Shown here piece by piece: positions 28,979-37,888 of a DNA stretch of 48,751 nt (positions within the stretch are counted from its first letter, which is position 1; every line of letters begins with the position of its first letter). The notes under the pieces were generated by a model. The model ran no database searches. It saw only the letters and a list, made by a program, of their open reading frames with translations, and had not been told where the DNA came from. The stretch is from an uncultured Thermodesulfobacteriota bacterium (lineage in GTDB: Bacteria; Desulfobacterota; GWC2-55-46; JADFVP01): contig CAZEBZ010000005.1 of the NCBI GenBank assembly GCA_964510775.1, forward strand, positions 8,267-57,017, given 5' to 3'. The position numbers and the translations under genes were made by a program.

Positions 28979-30070
28979 TCAAGGTATTATCCAGAGACTC
29001 TCCTTCTTTAATAATAAACTGATATCATGGCCCTCGGCAAGGTCTAAATCCCTCATGACAAAGTTCGGAAGCTCTACCTTGAGCTGGCATCTGCCCGTAT
29101 CTACAAATAGACTGTGCGTAGTGCCGCGGCCCGTAAGAGAGACAATGCGTCCCTCCATTAGATTGGCCTCAGTGCCATGGCCCATGCCCCGACCCTTTCG
29201 AACTACTGGTATCTCCTCGGGCCTTATGCAAAAAGAAACCTTTTGTCCCTCTCTCAGGCTGGCGCCAACTGCCGCCGTACTGCCTGCAACAAGCCTGCCC
29301 GTAGCCTCGCTCTTTAGCTCAATGCCTTTTTCTGACTGCGAGACAATTGTACCGGTAAAAATATTTCTTGTACCCACAAAACGCGCTACGTTTCGTGTCG
29401 CCGGCCTGTAAAAGACATCTTCACCGGGGCCGAACTGCTCGACAGCACCGTTATTTATAACGGCGATAGAGCTGCCCATCATGAAGGCCTCCTCAAGGTC
29501 GTGCGTTACCATTATAATGGTAATTGGATAACGTTCATGTATAACCTTGAGGTCTCCACGAAGCTTTTCGCGCACCTGATAATCAAGGGCTGAGAAAGGC
29601 TCGTCAAGGAGCAGTATACGAGGTGAAGTTGCGAGAGTGCGCGCAAGAGCGACGCGCTGTCTCTGCCCGCCAGATAGTTCATGGGGAAACCTCTTCTCAA
29701 GCCCCTTTAGACGCATTATTTCCAGAAGCTCCCCCACCAGAGCACCTCGCACCGCCTTATCCCCCGCCGCGCCATAGGCAATATTATCAGAGACACTCAT
29801 GTGGGGAAATACTGCGTAGTCCTGAAAGAGATAACCAACGTGCCTCTTTCTTACTGGCACGTTGACTCCAGTGGAGCTGTTAAAGACGTGTTTACCGCCT
29901 ATCTCCAAAAAACCCTCATCAGGGATCTCGATGCCGGAGATGAGTTTCAGAATAAGGCTCTTACCGGCTCCTGACGGGCCAAAGAGAACGTTCAGATCCT
30001 CTCCCATAGAGAAAGAAACATCAAGAGAAAAACCCTTGAAAGATTTTTTCAGTCTTAACTTAAGACTCAT
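28979..30070 (-). CDS. modC: Molybdate/tungstate ABC transporter ATPase
   Basis: GPSGAGKS, LSGGQRQR, LLLDEP, C-terminal TOBE-like region; follows modB. Confidence 0.88.
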   Translation of the reverse strand: MSLKLRLKKSFKGFSLDVSFSMGEDLNVLFGPSGAGKSLILKLISGIEIPDEGFLEIGGKHVFNSSTGVNVPVRKRHVGYLFQDYAVFPHMSVSDNIAYGAAGDKAVRGALVGELLEIMRLKGLEKRFPHELSGGQRQRVALARTLATSPRILLLDEPFSALDYQVREKLRGDLKVIHERYPITIIMVTHDLEEAFMMGSSIAVINNGAVEQFGPGEDVFYRPATRNVARFVGTRNIFTGTIVSQSEKGIELKSEATGRLVAGSTAAVGASLREGQKVSFCIRPEEIPVVRKGRGMGHGTEANLMEGRIVSLTGRGTTHSLFVDTGRCQLKVELPNFVMRDLDLAEGHDISLLLKKESLWIIP

Positions 30071-30080
30071 ACCCCACCCC

Positions 30081-30238
30081 CTTACTTTCTTTTAGAAAAA
30101 AGAAAGTAAGACAAAGAAAACCAATATCCAGCGTGAAACAAAAAATCAAAAAAAATTATCAAACTCTAATGCTCTTTTAGAAAAAAAGTAAGATAAAGAA
30201 AACCAAAGGCCCGCGCGAAACAAAAAAATAAAAAATAT
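30081..30238. repeat. Dispersed palindromic element, copy 2 (30081-30125), plus a degenerate tandem copy from about 30173
   Basis: 45/45 match to 119-163 in reverse; TCTTTTAGAAAAAA...AGTAAGA.AAAGAAAACCAA...GCG.GAAACAAAAAA occurs twice, about 85 bp apart. Confidence 0.85.
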
Positions 30239-30277
30239 AACCGCTAACTACTAATTCAAAAAATCAATAAAAAAACT

Positions 30278-30934
30278 TTAAAATCTGCCCTTTGTAAAGA
30301 TACCGGCTATATAAAGCACAACAAAAGAAAAGAGCGTAACAATAAGGACAAGGATATTAGCCATGTGGTTATCACCCATCTGCACGGCATCGTATATGGC
30401 AAGGGGCATTGTTCGAGTAAGGCCGGGAATATTACCGGCCACCATAAGTGTGGCGCCAAACTCCCCTGTGGCGCGGGCAAAGGCCATGACCGTACCTGCG
30501 GCAAGACCCCTCCAGGCAAGGGGCAGTGTTATGGTGCGAAAGACCTGAGTCTCTGTCTTACCAAGTATTCTCGCAGCGTCCTCATACTCTCTGCTTACAC
30601 CCTCAAAGGCCGCTCTTGCGGGCTTAACAAATAGAGGCAGCGCAGAAATCACCGCCGCAAGCACTGCGCCCTTCCATGTAAAAACAAGCTCAACTCCAAG
30701 TCGATTTGATAAAAAAGCCCCAATAAAAGAAGAGCGGCCAAGGAGCGTGAGGAGATAATAACCAAGCACAGTAGGGGGCAGGACAAGAGGCTGCATGATA
30801 AGGATATCAAGGACGTTCTTGCCGAAAAAATCCCTCTTAGCGAGAAGCACGGCAAGACAGAGCCCTATGACGGCAACTATTACAGTCGCTGTTATAGAGA
30901 CTTTTATTGTGAGATAAAGGGGAAAGAGATTCAT
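30278..30934 (-). CDS. modB: Molybdate ABC transporter permease
   Basis: PLVLPPTVLGYYLL, EDAARILG, FARATGEFGATLMVAGNIPG. Confidence 0.95.
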   Translation of the reverse strand: MNLFPLYLTIKVSITATVIVAVIGLCLAVLLAKRDFFGKNVLDILIMQPLVLPPTVLGYYLLTLLGRSSFIGAFLSNRLGVELVFTWKGAVLAAVISALPLFVKPARAAFEGVSREYEDAARILGKTETQVFRTITLPLAWRGLAAGTVMAFARATGEFGATLMVAGNIPGLTRTMPLAIYDAVQMGDNHMANILVLIVTLFSFVVLYIAGIFTKGRF

Positions 30935-30961
30935 AAAATAAAGACCTTGCCAAAGGCGTTT

Positions 30962-31729
30962 TTACGGTCTCGAAAAACCGTATTTTTCAAGCGTGCCACG
31001 AGCCGCCTCGCCTGTTAGGTAAGAGATAAACTTTTTAGCCGCCACTTTTTGCTGAGAAGAACTTACAATGGCCACACTCTGCCTTATAGGGCCGTAGAGG
31101 GCCTCCTTTACAGGTACAATCTTTATGCCCTTACGCCTTGCAACAGAGAGAGCTACTACTGCGGCCTCAACATTACCGCTCTCTACAAACTGCATCGTCT
31201 GCCTTACATTCTCACCGTAAACAATTTTTTTTCTTATCTCTTCCCATATACCAAGACTCTTCAGGGCCTCCTCTGCTCCCCTTCCATAGGGCGCGTGACG
31301 AGGGTTGGCGATAGCGATTCTCTTAATATCACCGTGAGATAAATCTGTGAGACCACTCACCTTTACTCGCGATGCCACCGGCAGGGCAATTACAATTGAA
31401 CCTCTTGCAAAAGAACTCATCGAAGCTCTCTCTACGGCGCCTCGCTTTGCGAGGTTCTCCATAAAAGCACTGTTAGCCGAGATAAAAATATCAAATGGCG
31501 CGCCGCGCTCAATTTGCCTCGCGAGCAGACCTGAAGAGCCGAAGACAAGCCTTACAGGAACATGAGCTGAGGCGGAAAAATCCTCGGTAATTTCAGTGAG
31601 GGCGAAGGAAAAACTGCTCGCCGCTGCGACGGTAATAGAATCCTCAGGAGCGGCAAGCAGTGGCGGCTCTGTAAGAAGAGAGATTAAAAGTGCAAGGATA
31701 AAAAAGAGCGGAAAATATTTTTTAATCAT
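30962..31729 (-). CDS. modA: Molybdate ABC transporter substrate-binding protein
   Basis: VAAASS, GSSGLLARQI, IANPRHAPYG, GENVRQ. Confidence 0.94.
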   Translation of the reverse strand: MIKKYFPLFFILALLISLLTEPPLLAAPEDSITVAAASSFSFALTEITEDFSASAHVPVRLVFGSSGLLARQIERGAPFDIFISANSAFMENLAKRGAVERASMSSFARGSIVIALPVASRVKVSGLTDLSHGDIKRIAIANPRHAPYGRGAEEALKSLGIWEEIRKKIVYGENVRQTMQFVESGNVEAAVVALSVARRKGIKIVPVKEALYGPIRQSVAIVSSSQQKVAAKKFISYLTGEAARGTLEKYGFSRP

Positions 31730-31831
31730 AATTTTTAAAAACCTGCCTGTGGAAGTTAAAAAAGCAGCGAGAGTAAATCATAAAAAAACTCTACATAGGC
31801 GGCGAGTATAATACTCGCAAAACTCTCCCAC

Positions 31832-31860
31832 AAAAAAAACCGGCCACGGAAAGGCCGGTT
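31832..31860 (-). terminator. Intrinsic terminator forming the riboswitch expression platform
   Basis: Minus strand AACCGGCC-TTTCCGT-GGCCGGTT running into T8. Confidence 0.88.
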
Positions 31861-31867
31861 AAAGCAG

Positions 31868-31968
31868 GCTCTCCTTTCCAAGTGGGGAGGCATGTCCGTT
31901 TCCCGGCATACCCTGAACGGCCCAGCCTCCTTAGCCAAGATGGCCTTAGGAGTGAGAGGCTCGGAGAT
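31868..31968 (-). ncRNA. Moco/Tuco RNA motif (molybdenum/tungsten cofactor riboswitch class)
   Basis: Minus strand CTCCGAG...CCTAAG...CAGGGT...GGAAAC...GCCTCCC...TTGGAAAGGAG in the modA leader. Confidence 0.9.
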
Positions 31969-31992
31969 AAATACTATTTAAATTTCTATATG

Positions 31993-32021
31993 ATTTTAAG
32001 GTATTTTTTTACGCCTGTCAA
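31993..32021 (-). promoter_or_regulatory. Sigma70 promoter of modABC
   Basis: TTGACA-N17-TAAAAT just upstream of the riboswitch. Confidence 0.8.
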
Positions 32022-32032
32022 GTGAAAGCCCT

Positions 32033-33214
32033 TTACTGCCTTATCAACGATAAAAATGAGCGGCCCGGGGCAAGACGCCCAAGTCCGAAGGCATCTGCAA
32101 TCGTAGCGCCAAGGTCGGCAAAGGTCTCTCGTGTACCAAGGTCTACTCCGGCTCTTTGTGCGGCGCCGTATACCAGAAGCGGCACGTACTCACGGGAGTG
32201 GTCAGTAGAGGGCGTAGTAGGGTCGCAGCCGTGATCCCCTGTTATAAAGAGCAAATCCTCTGCGCCGAGAAGCTCCATTAACTCCGGCAGTTTCTTGTCT
32301 ATGGCCTGTAAGGTACGAGCGCAGCCCGCTGCATCACGCCTGTGACCAAAGCGCATATCAAGGTCTACGAGATTTGTAAATACAAGGGCGCGCCGCGAGT
32401 CGGAACATGATTTCTTAAAGGCCTCTATGGTCTTATCCATCCCCTCCATATCTCCCGCAGTATGACTCTCATCCCTTAGTCCCCTGTGGGCGAAGATGTC
32501 TCCTATCTTACCAATGCCAATGACATTGACATTAGCCTCAATAAGTTTATCAAGAAGAGTAATTGGCGGCAAGATAGAAAAATCCTTTCTATCATAAGTG
32601 CGTCTAAAGGCCCCGGGTTTACCGATAAATGGCCTCGCGATGACTCTCTGGATTTTATAGATATCAAGAAAGGCTCGAACTTTCTCGCAGACGCTGTAGA
32701 GTTCTTTAGCGGGCAGCACATCTTCATGCGCCGCTATCTGAAAGACGCTGTCAGCTGAGGTATAGACAATAAGTTTTCCAGTAGCGAGATGCAGTTCACC
32801 GAGCCTCTCGATAATTTCCATACCAGAGGCGGCCTTTCCGCAGAGCCAGCCAAAACCCGTGACCTCTTCGAACTTATCTAACATCTCACGGGGAAAACCA
32901 TGTGGAAAAGTAGCAAAGGGAGAAGGCTCTATAATACCTGCCATCTCCCAGTGCCCGGTAATAGTGTCTTTACCTGCAGAGACCTCTGCCATACGGCCAT
33001 AAGCTCCAAGAGGCGACGCGGCCCTCTCCACCTCATGCACGCCCTCGATGCGTCCAAGGCCCAGTGCGGCGAGGTTTGGCAGCCGCAGCCCCCCAAAGGC
33101 CCTCGCCGTATTATCAAGAGTATGACTCCCGCCGTCTCCATACTCCTCTGCGTCAGGCAGCTCGCCTACGCCAAGGCCGTCGATGACGATAATAATAACT
33201 CTTTTTATCTTCAC
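32033..33214 (-). CDS. deoB: Phosphopentomutase
   Basis: GKDTITGHWE, YTSADSVFQIAAHE, RVIARPF, DHGCDPT, DHSREYVP. Confidence 0.96.
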   Translation of the reverse strand: MKIKRVIIIVIDGLGVGELPDAEEYGDGGSHTLDNTARAFGGLRLPNLAALGLGRIEGVHEVERAASPLGAYGRMAEVSAGKDTITGHWEMAGIIEPSPFATFPHGFPREMLDKFEEVTGFGWLCGKAASGMEIIERLGELHLATGKLIVYTSADSVFQIAAHEDVLPAKELYSVCEKVRAFLDIYKIQRVIARPFIGKPGAFRRTYDRKDFSILPPITLLDKLIEANVNVIGIGKIGDIFAHRGLRDESHTAGDMEGMDKTIEAFKKSCSDSRRALVFTNLVDLDMRFGHRRDAAGCARTLQAIDKKLPELMELLGAEDLLFITGDHGCDPTTPSTDHSREYVPLLVYGAAQRAGVDLGTRETFADLGATIADAFGLGRLAPGRSFLSLIRQ

Positions 33215-33229
33215 AAAGGCCTCATTTTT

Positions 33230-33310
33230 TTTTGGTGGGCAGTGCCCACCCTACAAGACTTTATTTTTGCGGGCAGTCTATATTTTGGTGGGCAATGCCC
33301 ACCCTACAAG
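33230..33310 (-). repeat. Two direct copies of a second GTAG-type REP-like palindrome, 53-bp period
   Basis: Minus strand CTTGTAGGGTGGGCA(C/T)TGCCCACCAAAA at 33230-33257 and 33283-33310. Confidence 0.88.
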
Positions 33311-33364
33311 TCCACATAACAACTCATAAAAAATTCCAAAAGAAAGTGAGGGGGAGGGACAACA

Positions 33365-34165
33365 TCAGATTCCTTTATACCCCCTTGGCGTAATCAAGAG
33401 GCCCTCTTTTTGAGATGTACTCTTGTTGCCGATAATAATTATAGTAAGCATATCTATCTGCTCGTAGAACTCGTGAATTTGACCAAGAGTCGTAATCCTA
33501 ACCTCTTCTCCCTCTCGCGATGCATTTCGCACTATACCAACGGGAGTTGAGGGCGACTTTACCTCGAGCATCTCCTTAACGGCCTTAACGAGGCCCTCTT
33601 TACGCTTGGAGCTTCTGGGGTTATAAAGGGCGATGACAAAGTCGGCGGCAGCGGCGGCCCTGACCCTCTTTTCTATTACATCCCAGGGCGTAAGAATATC
33701 AGAGAGTGAGATGGAGGCAAAATCGTGCATAAGGGGCGCGCCGAGGATTGATGCGGCGCTTACAAAGGCCGGCACCCCGGGGATGACCTCTACTGCGATA
33801 TCATTAAGGGAATAGGCGCTCTTCTTGGAAGTTAGTATCTCAAGGACAAGGCCAGCCATGCCGTATATACCTGCGTCACCTGATGAGACAATGGCCGTCG
33901 TGCGGCCCTCGGCGCATAACTCTATGGCTTTCTCGCATCTAGCCACCTCACCTGTCATGGCCGTGGAGTATATCTCCTTACCCTCTGTTAGAGAGGATAT
34001 TAGCTCCACGTATCTTGTGTACCCCACAATGCAATCAACGCTTCGTATAATTTCAGTAGCGCGCACCGTAATCTCTTCCATGGCTCCCGGGCCAATGCCT
34101 ACGATGTAAAGGATACCCTTGCCGCCGCTACTGTTACTCTCGCGCTCTTTTGTTTCTTTAACCAT
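33365..34165 (-). CDS. cbiH: Cobalt-precorrin-3 C17-methyltransferase
   Basis: VGIGPG, SSGDAGIYGMAG, GAPLMHDF, SLSD.LTPW, LYNPRS, TPRGY. Confidence 0.95.
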   Translation of the reverse strand: MVKETKERESNSSGGKGILYIVGIGPGAMEEITVRATEIIRSVDCIVGYTRYVELISSLTEGKEIYSTAMTGEVARCEKAIELCAEGRTTAIVSSGDAGIYGMAGLVLEILTSKKSAYSLNDIAVEVIPGVPAFVSAASILGAPLMHDFASISLSDILTPWDVIEKRVRAAAAADFVIALYNPRSSKRKEGLVKAVKEMLEVKSPSTPVGIVRNASREGEEVRITTLGQIHEFYEQIDMLTIIIIGNKSTSQKEGLLITPRGYKGI

Positions 34166-35163
34166 AACCTCTTTGCTCCTGATGATATAAGGGCCGCTGG
34201 CTCTGCGACTGCGCGAGCCCCTGTTGCGGCGAGCACAAATTCAGAGCCCTTGCCTGCCCTCTCGTTTAACTCCTCTGCCGTAAATAACTCAAGCCCATGA
34301 CCCCTCGATTTTGCGAACTCAAGAAGGCCGACCTCGTTGCCCTTAATGTCAATAGTTGCGAGATTTCTTATACAGAGAGGCGATACGCCGCGCCCCTTAA
34401 AGGCGTTATCAACGCTCTTCTTAATATCCCGCGCGCTTGTGCCTCGCCTGCAGCCAATACCAGCGACAAATTCTCTTGGACGAAGTATTAAAGGAGGGCT
34501 TTCAAGGCCCTTTGGGGCCGAGACCTTCAGGGTGCTTGAGATAATTGCCGCAGTCTTACACCCCTTAGGCAAAGCAGTGCCAAAGGCAAAGACTCCGCTG
34601 GTCTCTTTATTTAAAAATTCTCTTATGGCAGAGAGGCGTTTTCTATTATTATCCATAATAAAAACAGGCCCGCCGCCGAGTATAGCGGTATTAAGGGCCT
34701 TAATGGCAGAGACGTTCTCTATGGCAAGATTAAAGCGAAGGGCCACGTCCTCTATGCAGGGTAGGCCGTGAACATCCGTAGCCGTAGTAATCACAGGTGT
34801 GGCCTTCAAAAGCTCGGCTATCTCCTCAGTAAGGCGATTAGCTCCGCCAAGATGACCTGAGACAAGGCTGATGACAAACCTCCCCATCTCGTCAATGACA
34901 ATAACAGCGGGGTCTAGGGCCTTACCCTTAAGGAGCTGAGCTATGGAGCGGACGGCTATGCCTGATGCTCCGATAAAGACAAGTGAGGTTGAGGATAAAA
35001 AAGCCTCTTTTACAAGGCCTCGAAGCCTGCCGCGGCGAAGCTCTGCCGGCTCGTAAATATTTACCTCACCCCCAAGTTTTTTTAGGGTAAGGGCGAGGGC
35101 ATATCCGCGCTCTGTAATGGGAAAGACTGTGCAAATATTTTTTATGCGCGCCTTTTTTTTCAT
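34099..35163 (-). CDS. cbiG: Cobalt-precorrin-5A hydrolase
   Basis: GIAVRSIA, DPAV, SGHLGGAN, ITTATD, GIGCRRG, VAEPAA. Confidence 0.94.
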   Translation of the reverse strand: MKKKARIKNICTVFPITERGYALALTLKKLGGEVNIYEPAELRRGRLRGLVKEAFLSSTSLVFIGASGIAVRSIAQLLKGKALDPAVIVIDEMGRFVISLVSGHLGGANRLTEEIAELLKATPVITTATDVHGLPCIEDVALRFNLAIENVSAIKALNTAILGGGPVFIMDNNRKRLSAIREFLNKETSGVFAFGTALPKGCKTAAIISSTLKVSAPKGLESPPLILRPREFVAGIGCRRGTSARDIKKSVDNAFKGRGVSPLCIRNLATIDIKGNEVGLLEFAKSRGHGLELFTAEELNERAGKGSEFVLAATGARAVAEPAALISSGAKRLWLKKQKSARVTVAAARVSFTS

Positions 35164-35178
35164 AAATTTAAAGGAAGT

Positions 35179-35898
35179 TTAAAAACCTCTTTTTTCCATC
35201 TTATCAAGTATCTCAAGGACTTTTTTCACCATAACCTCAAAGAGCTCGCGCCCCTTCTCTGCCGTAGCCTTTCCAGGGTCGCCCCAGACCGCGCCGGGCC
35301 ACTCGCTCACTTTATCGGCTATAATAAGGGGCTTTGTAAAGGAGGGATACTCCTCTGCTGAGCGCCCCTTCACAAGCTCCGGAGCAAGGTGCAAAATGAT
35401 CGAGGTCTCCATCTCCCCTGCGTGAGAATCGTTCTCAGTCTCGGCAAGACGTGTAAGGTCGTCCCATATGACATCGTAAATAGATAAGGCCGCTATGGTA
35501 AGGTCAGGTAGAGTTGCGGCCAAGACCTCGGCGGCCTCTTTCATCGCCGCAACATGGGCGCCGCCGCCGTGCCCTGAGATGAGCAGTACAGAGCGAAGCC
35601 CCCTACCGTATGCGTCATTAACTATATCGGCAGTAATTCTTCTTAGAGTCGGCGGAGTAATGCCGATACTTCCCGGGTGCTGCCCCGTAGATGTACATAC
35701 ACCGTAATGCACAGGAGGTGCGATAAAGAACTCTCTCTTTTTTACCGCCTCTTCCAGCACACGGCACATAGTAAGGGTATCTGTATTAAGGGGAAGGTGA
35801 GTGCCGTGGGCCTCTAACGTTCCGTAAGGCACAGCGAGAGTCTTTGTTCTATGGAGCCCCGCCGTAAACTCCTCCATAGTCATCTCTTCAAGTATCAT
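35179..35898 (-). CDS. Creatininase-family amidohydrolase
   Basis: GTLEAHGTHLPLNTD, GHGG, HAGEMETS. Confidence 0.92.
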   Translation of the reverse strand: MILEEMTMEEFTAGLHRTKTLAVPYGTLEAHGTHLPLNTDTLTMCRVLEEAVKKREFFIAPPVHYGVCTSTGQHPGSIGITPPTLRRITADIVNDAYGRGLRSVLLISGHGGGAHVAAMKEAAEVLAATLPDLTIAALSIYDVIWDDLTRLAETENDSHAGEMETSIILHLAPELVKGRSAEEYPSFTKPLIIADKVSEWPGAVWGDPGKATAEKGRELFEVMVKKVLEILDKMEKRGF

Positions 35899-35916
35899 GG
35901 CAGCTCCTTATATTTC

Positions 35917-36276
35917 TTAAGTACGTCTGTAAAAAAAAGCATAGCAAAAAACCCCGACGCCCGCGCCAAGACCATTTGCAGCGGCGTCAAAGAAAGAGGC
36001 CTCTCTCACGGGCACAAAACTCTGGGCTAACTCTATAAAAAGACCGTAAAAAAAAGTAAGAACAAGGGCTTTTAAGAAGACTCTCTTAGGCCTCGTCCCA
36101 AATCTTCTTCGCCTCTGCCCCTTAAAGACCCTTACCCACAAGAGGGCCATAATAAAGTAGAGGACAAAGTGTACGAGCTTATCAAAATGATTAAAGGGCG
36201 CCATGCCGCCGGGGGGTTTAATGACGGAGACGATAAAGACAAAGACCATGTATAAAATAGTTATTAAAAGGTTCAT
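35917..36276 (-). CDS. VanZ-family membrane protein
   Basis: DKLVHF, IELAQ...R, DAAANGLG; start overlaps the cbiF stop. Confidence 0.85.
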   Translation of the reverse strand: MNLLITILYMVFVFIVSVIKPPGGMAPFNHFDKLVHFVLYFIMALLWVRVFKGQRRRRFGTRPKRVFLKALVLTFFYGLFIELAQSFVPVREASFFDAAANGLGAGVGVFCYAFFYRRT

Positions 36277-37055
36277 TTACCCCTGTACTCGTGGCTAAAA
36301 CCAGCGTCATATAAGAGAGACTGCTCTCCGTCTCCTATGCCCCCCGTGGCCTTACCAACTAAAACCATAGCGTGTTTTGTAATCCCCGCGGCATGCACCT
36401 TTTCCCCTATATCAGCGAGGGTTCCCTTTATCTTCACCTCATCAGGCCACGTCGCCCTGTAGACAACGGCAACAGGAGTATGAGGCGCGTAACCGCCTCT
36501 CTCAAGCTCGGGTACTACCTTGTCTATCATGGCTACGCTTAAAAAGAGACACATCGTGGCCTGATGTGAGGCAAGGAGATGAAGGGCCTCTTTATCAGGC
36601 ACAGGGGTGCGCCCGGCAAGGCGAGTAAATATTACGGTCTGCGTCTCCCCGGGTACAGTCAATTCTCTACCGATACTCGCCGCCGCCCCTGAGGCTGAAC
36701 TTACTCCCGGTACTACTGAGTAGGCCAGATCCGAGGCCTCAAGAATAGCCGCCTGCTCACGCATGGCGCTGTAAAAGGCCGTATCCCCCGTATGAAGCCT
36801 TACGACAAGCTTACAGGCTCTTGCGCCCTCTATCATAACCTCTGTAATTTCACCGAGGTTCATAGAGGCGCTGTTATATATCTTAACCCCCTCGGCGCAG
36901 TAAGTGAGCAGTTTATCAGCAACAAGAGAGCCGGCGTATACGACGATATCGGCATCTTGAAGCAGCCTCTTACCCTTAACTGTAAGAAGCTCAGGGTCGC
37001 CGGGGCCGGCGCCTACAAAGTATATCCAGACCTGCTCTGACACCTTAATCACCAT
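36273..37055 (-). CDS. cbiF: Cobalt-precorrin-4 C11-methyltransferase
   Basis: GAGPGDPELLT, YAGSLV, RLHTGD, QTVIFTR, ATWPDE, LYDAGFSHEYR. Confidence 0.95.
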   Translation of the reverse strand: MVIKVSEQVWIYFVGAGPGDPELLTVKGKRLLQDADIVVYAGSLVADKLLTYCAEGVKIYNSASMNLGEITEVMIEGARACKLVVRLHTGDTAFYSAMREQAAILEASDLAYSVVPGVSSASGAAASIGRELTVPGETQTVIFTRLAGRTPVPDKEALHLLASHQATMCLFLSVAMIDKVVPELERGGYAPHTPVAVVYRATWPDEVKIKGTLADIGEKVHAAGITKHAMVLVGKATGGIGDGEQSLLYDAGFSHEYRGK

Positions 37056-37138
37056 ATCTTAAAATAAAATTTCTCATCTTCCATCTCACTCACCTTATTA
37101 TAATAAGAGGCAGCAGGTGTGCCTAAAAAAACCCTTCT

Positions 37139-37888
37139 TTAAATGTCACCTTTTTTTAAGATAACCATAGATAAGTACCCCGCGCCCCTCTCTAGGTCAA
37201 GGTCTCTTAAGTCTTTTATGACCTCCAGTCCCTGCCAGCCCGCACGCTCGACAAAGAGGGCGCTCACTCTGCTATCCTGTACCTTATCACGAGCCAATAA
37301 AAACCCCTTAAGCTCAGCGAGTCTGCTCTTTACCTTCATCAGCACTACTGTATCAAAGTCCTCCACCCACTCGTCAATATCCTGCAGGGTATAAAAGGCC
37401 GGAGCAATAAGGAGTTTTTCCTCGGCCTGCACAAGGGGCGCGCCAACCCTCGCCGCAGCGGCAGAGACTGATGTCACGCCAGGCACTACAGCAACCTCTA
37501 CCCCTGGAAGAATTGCCCCTACAAGGGGTATGAGAAAAGCAAAGGTGGAGTAGAGCATGGGGTCGCCGAGGGTTAAGAATGCTACATCCCTACCCTCTTC
37601 AAGGCGCCTCGCCACCTCTGCCGCGGCCTCTTGGCGCGACTCTAAGAGGACAGCCTTATCCTTAGTCATGGGAAAGGAAAGCCTGAGTATCTCCTTATCC
37701 TCAAAGTCAGGCACGGCCCTCTTAATTATCTCAAGAGCGATAGTCCCCTCGCCGCCCTCCCCCATTCTGCTCTTTGATACAGGAACGGCAATAACAGGGC
37801 ACTGCCCTACGACTCGAAGGGCCTTTAAGGTAATAAGCTCAGGGTCGCCGGGGCCGACGCCTACGCCGTACAGATTTCCTCTACTCAA
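37139..37888 (-). CDS. cbiL: Cobalt-precorrin-2 C20-methyltransferase
   Basis: GVGVGPGDPELITLKA, FPMT, TLGDPMLYST, VVLMKV, YLS. Confidence 0.93.
   Translation of the reverse strand: MSRGNLYGVGVGPGDPELITLKALRVVGQCPVIAVPVSKSRMGEGGEGTIALEIIKRAVPDFEDKEILRLSFPMTKDKAVLLESRQEAAAEVARRLEEGRDVAFLTLGDPMLYSTFAFLIPLVGAILPGVEVAVVPGVTSVSAAAARVGAPLVQAEEKLLIAPAFYTLQDIDEWVEDFDTVVLMKVKSRLAELKGFLLARDKVQDSRVSALFVERAGWQGLEVIKDLRDLDLERGAGYLSMVILKKGDI

Noticed and set aside
31756-31938. 60-aa minus-strand ORF as a modA leader peptide
   Set aside because: It runs through the aptamer and terminator, which already explain the sequence.
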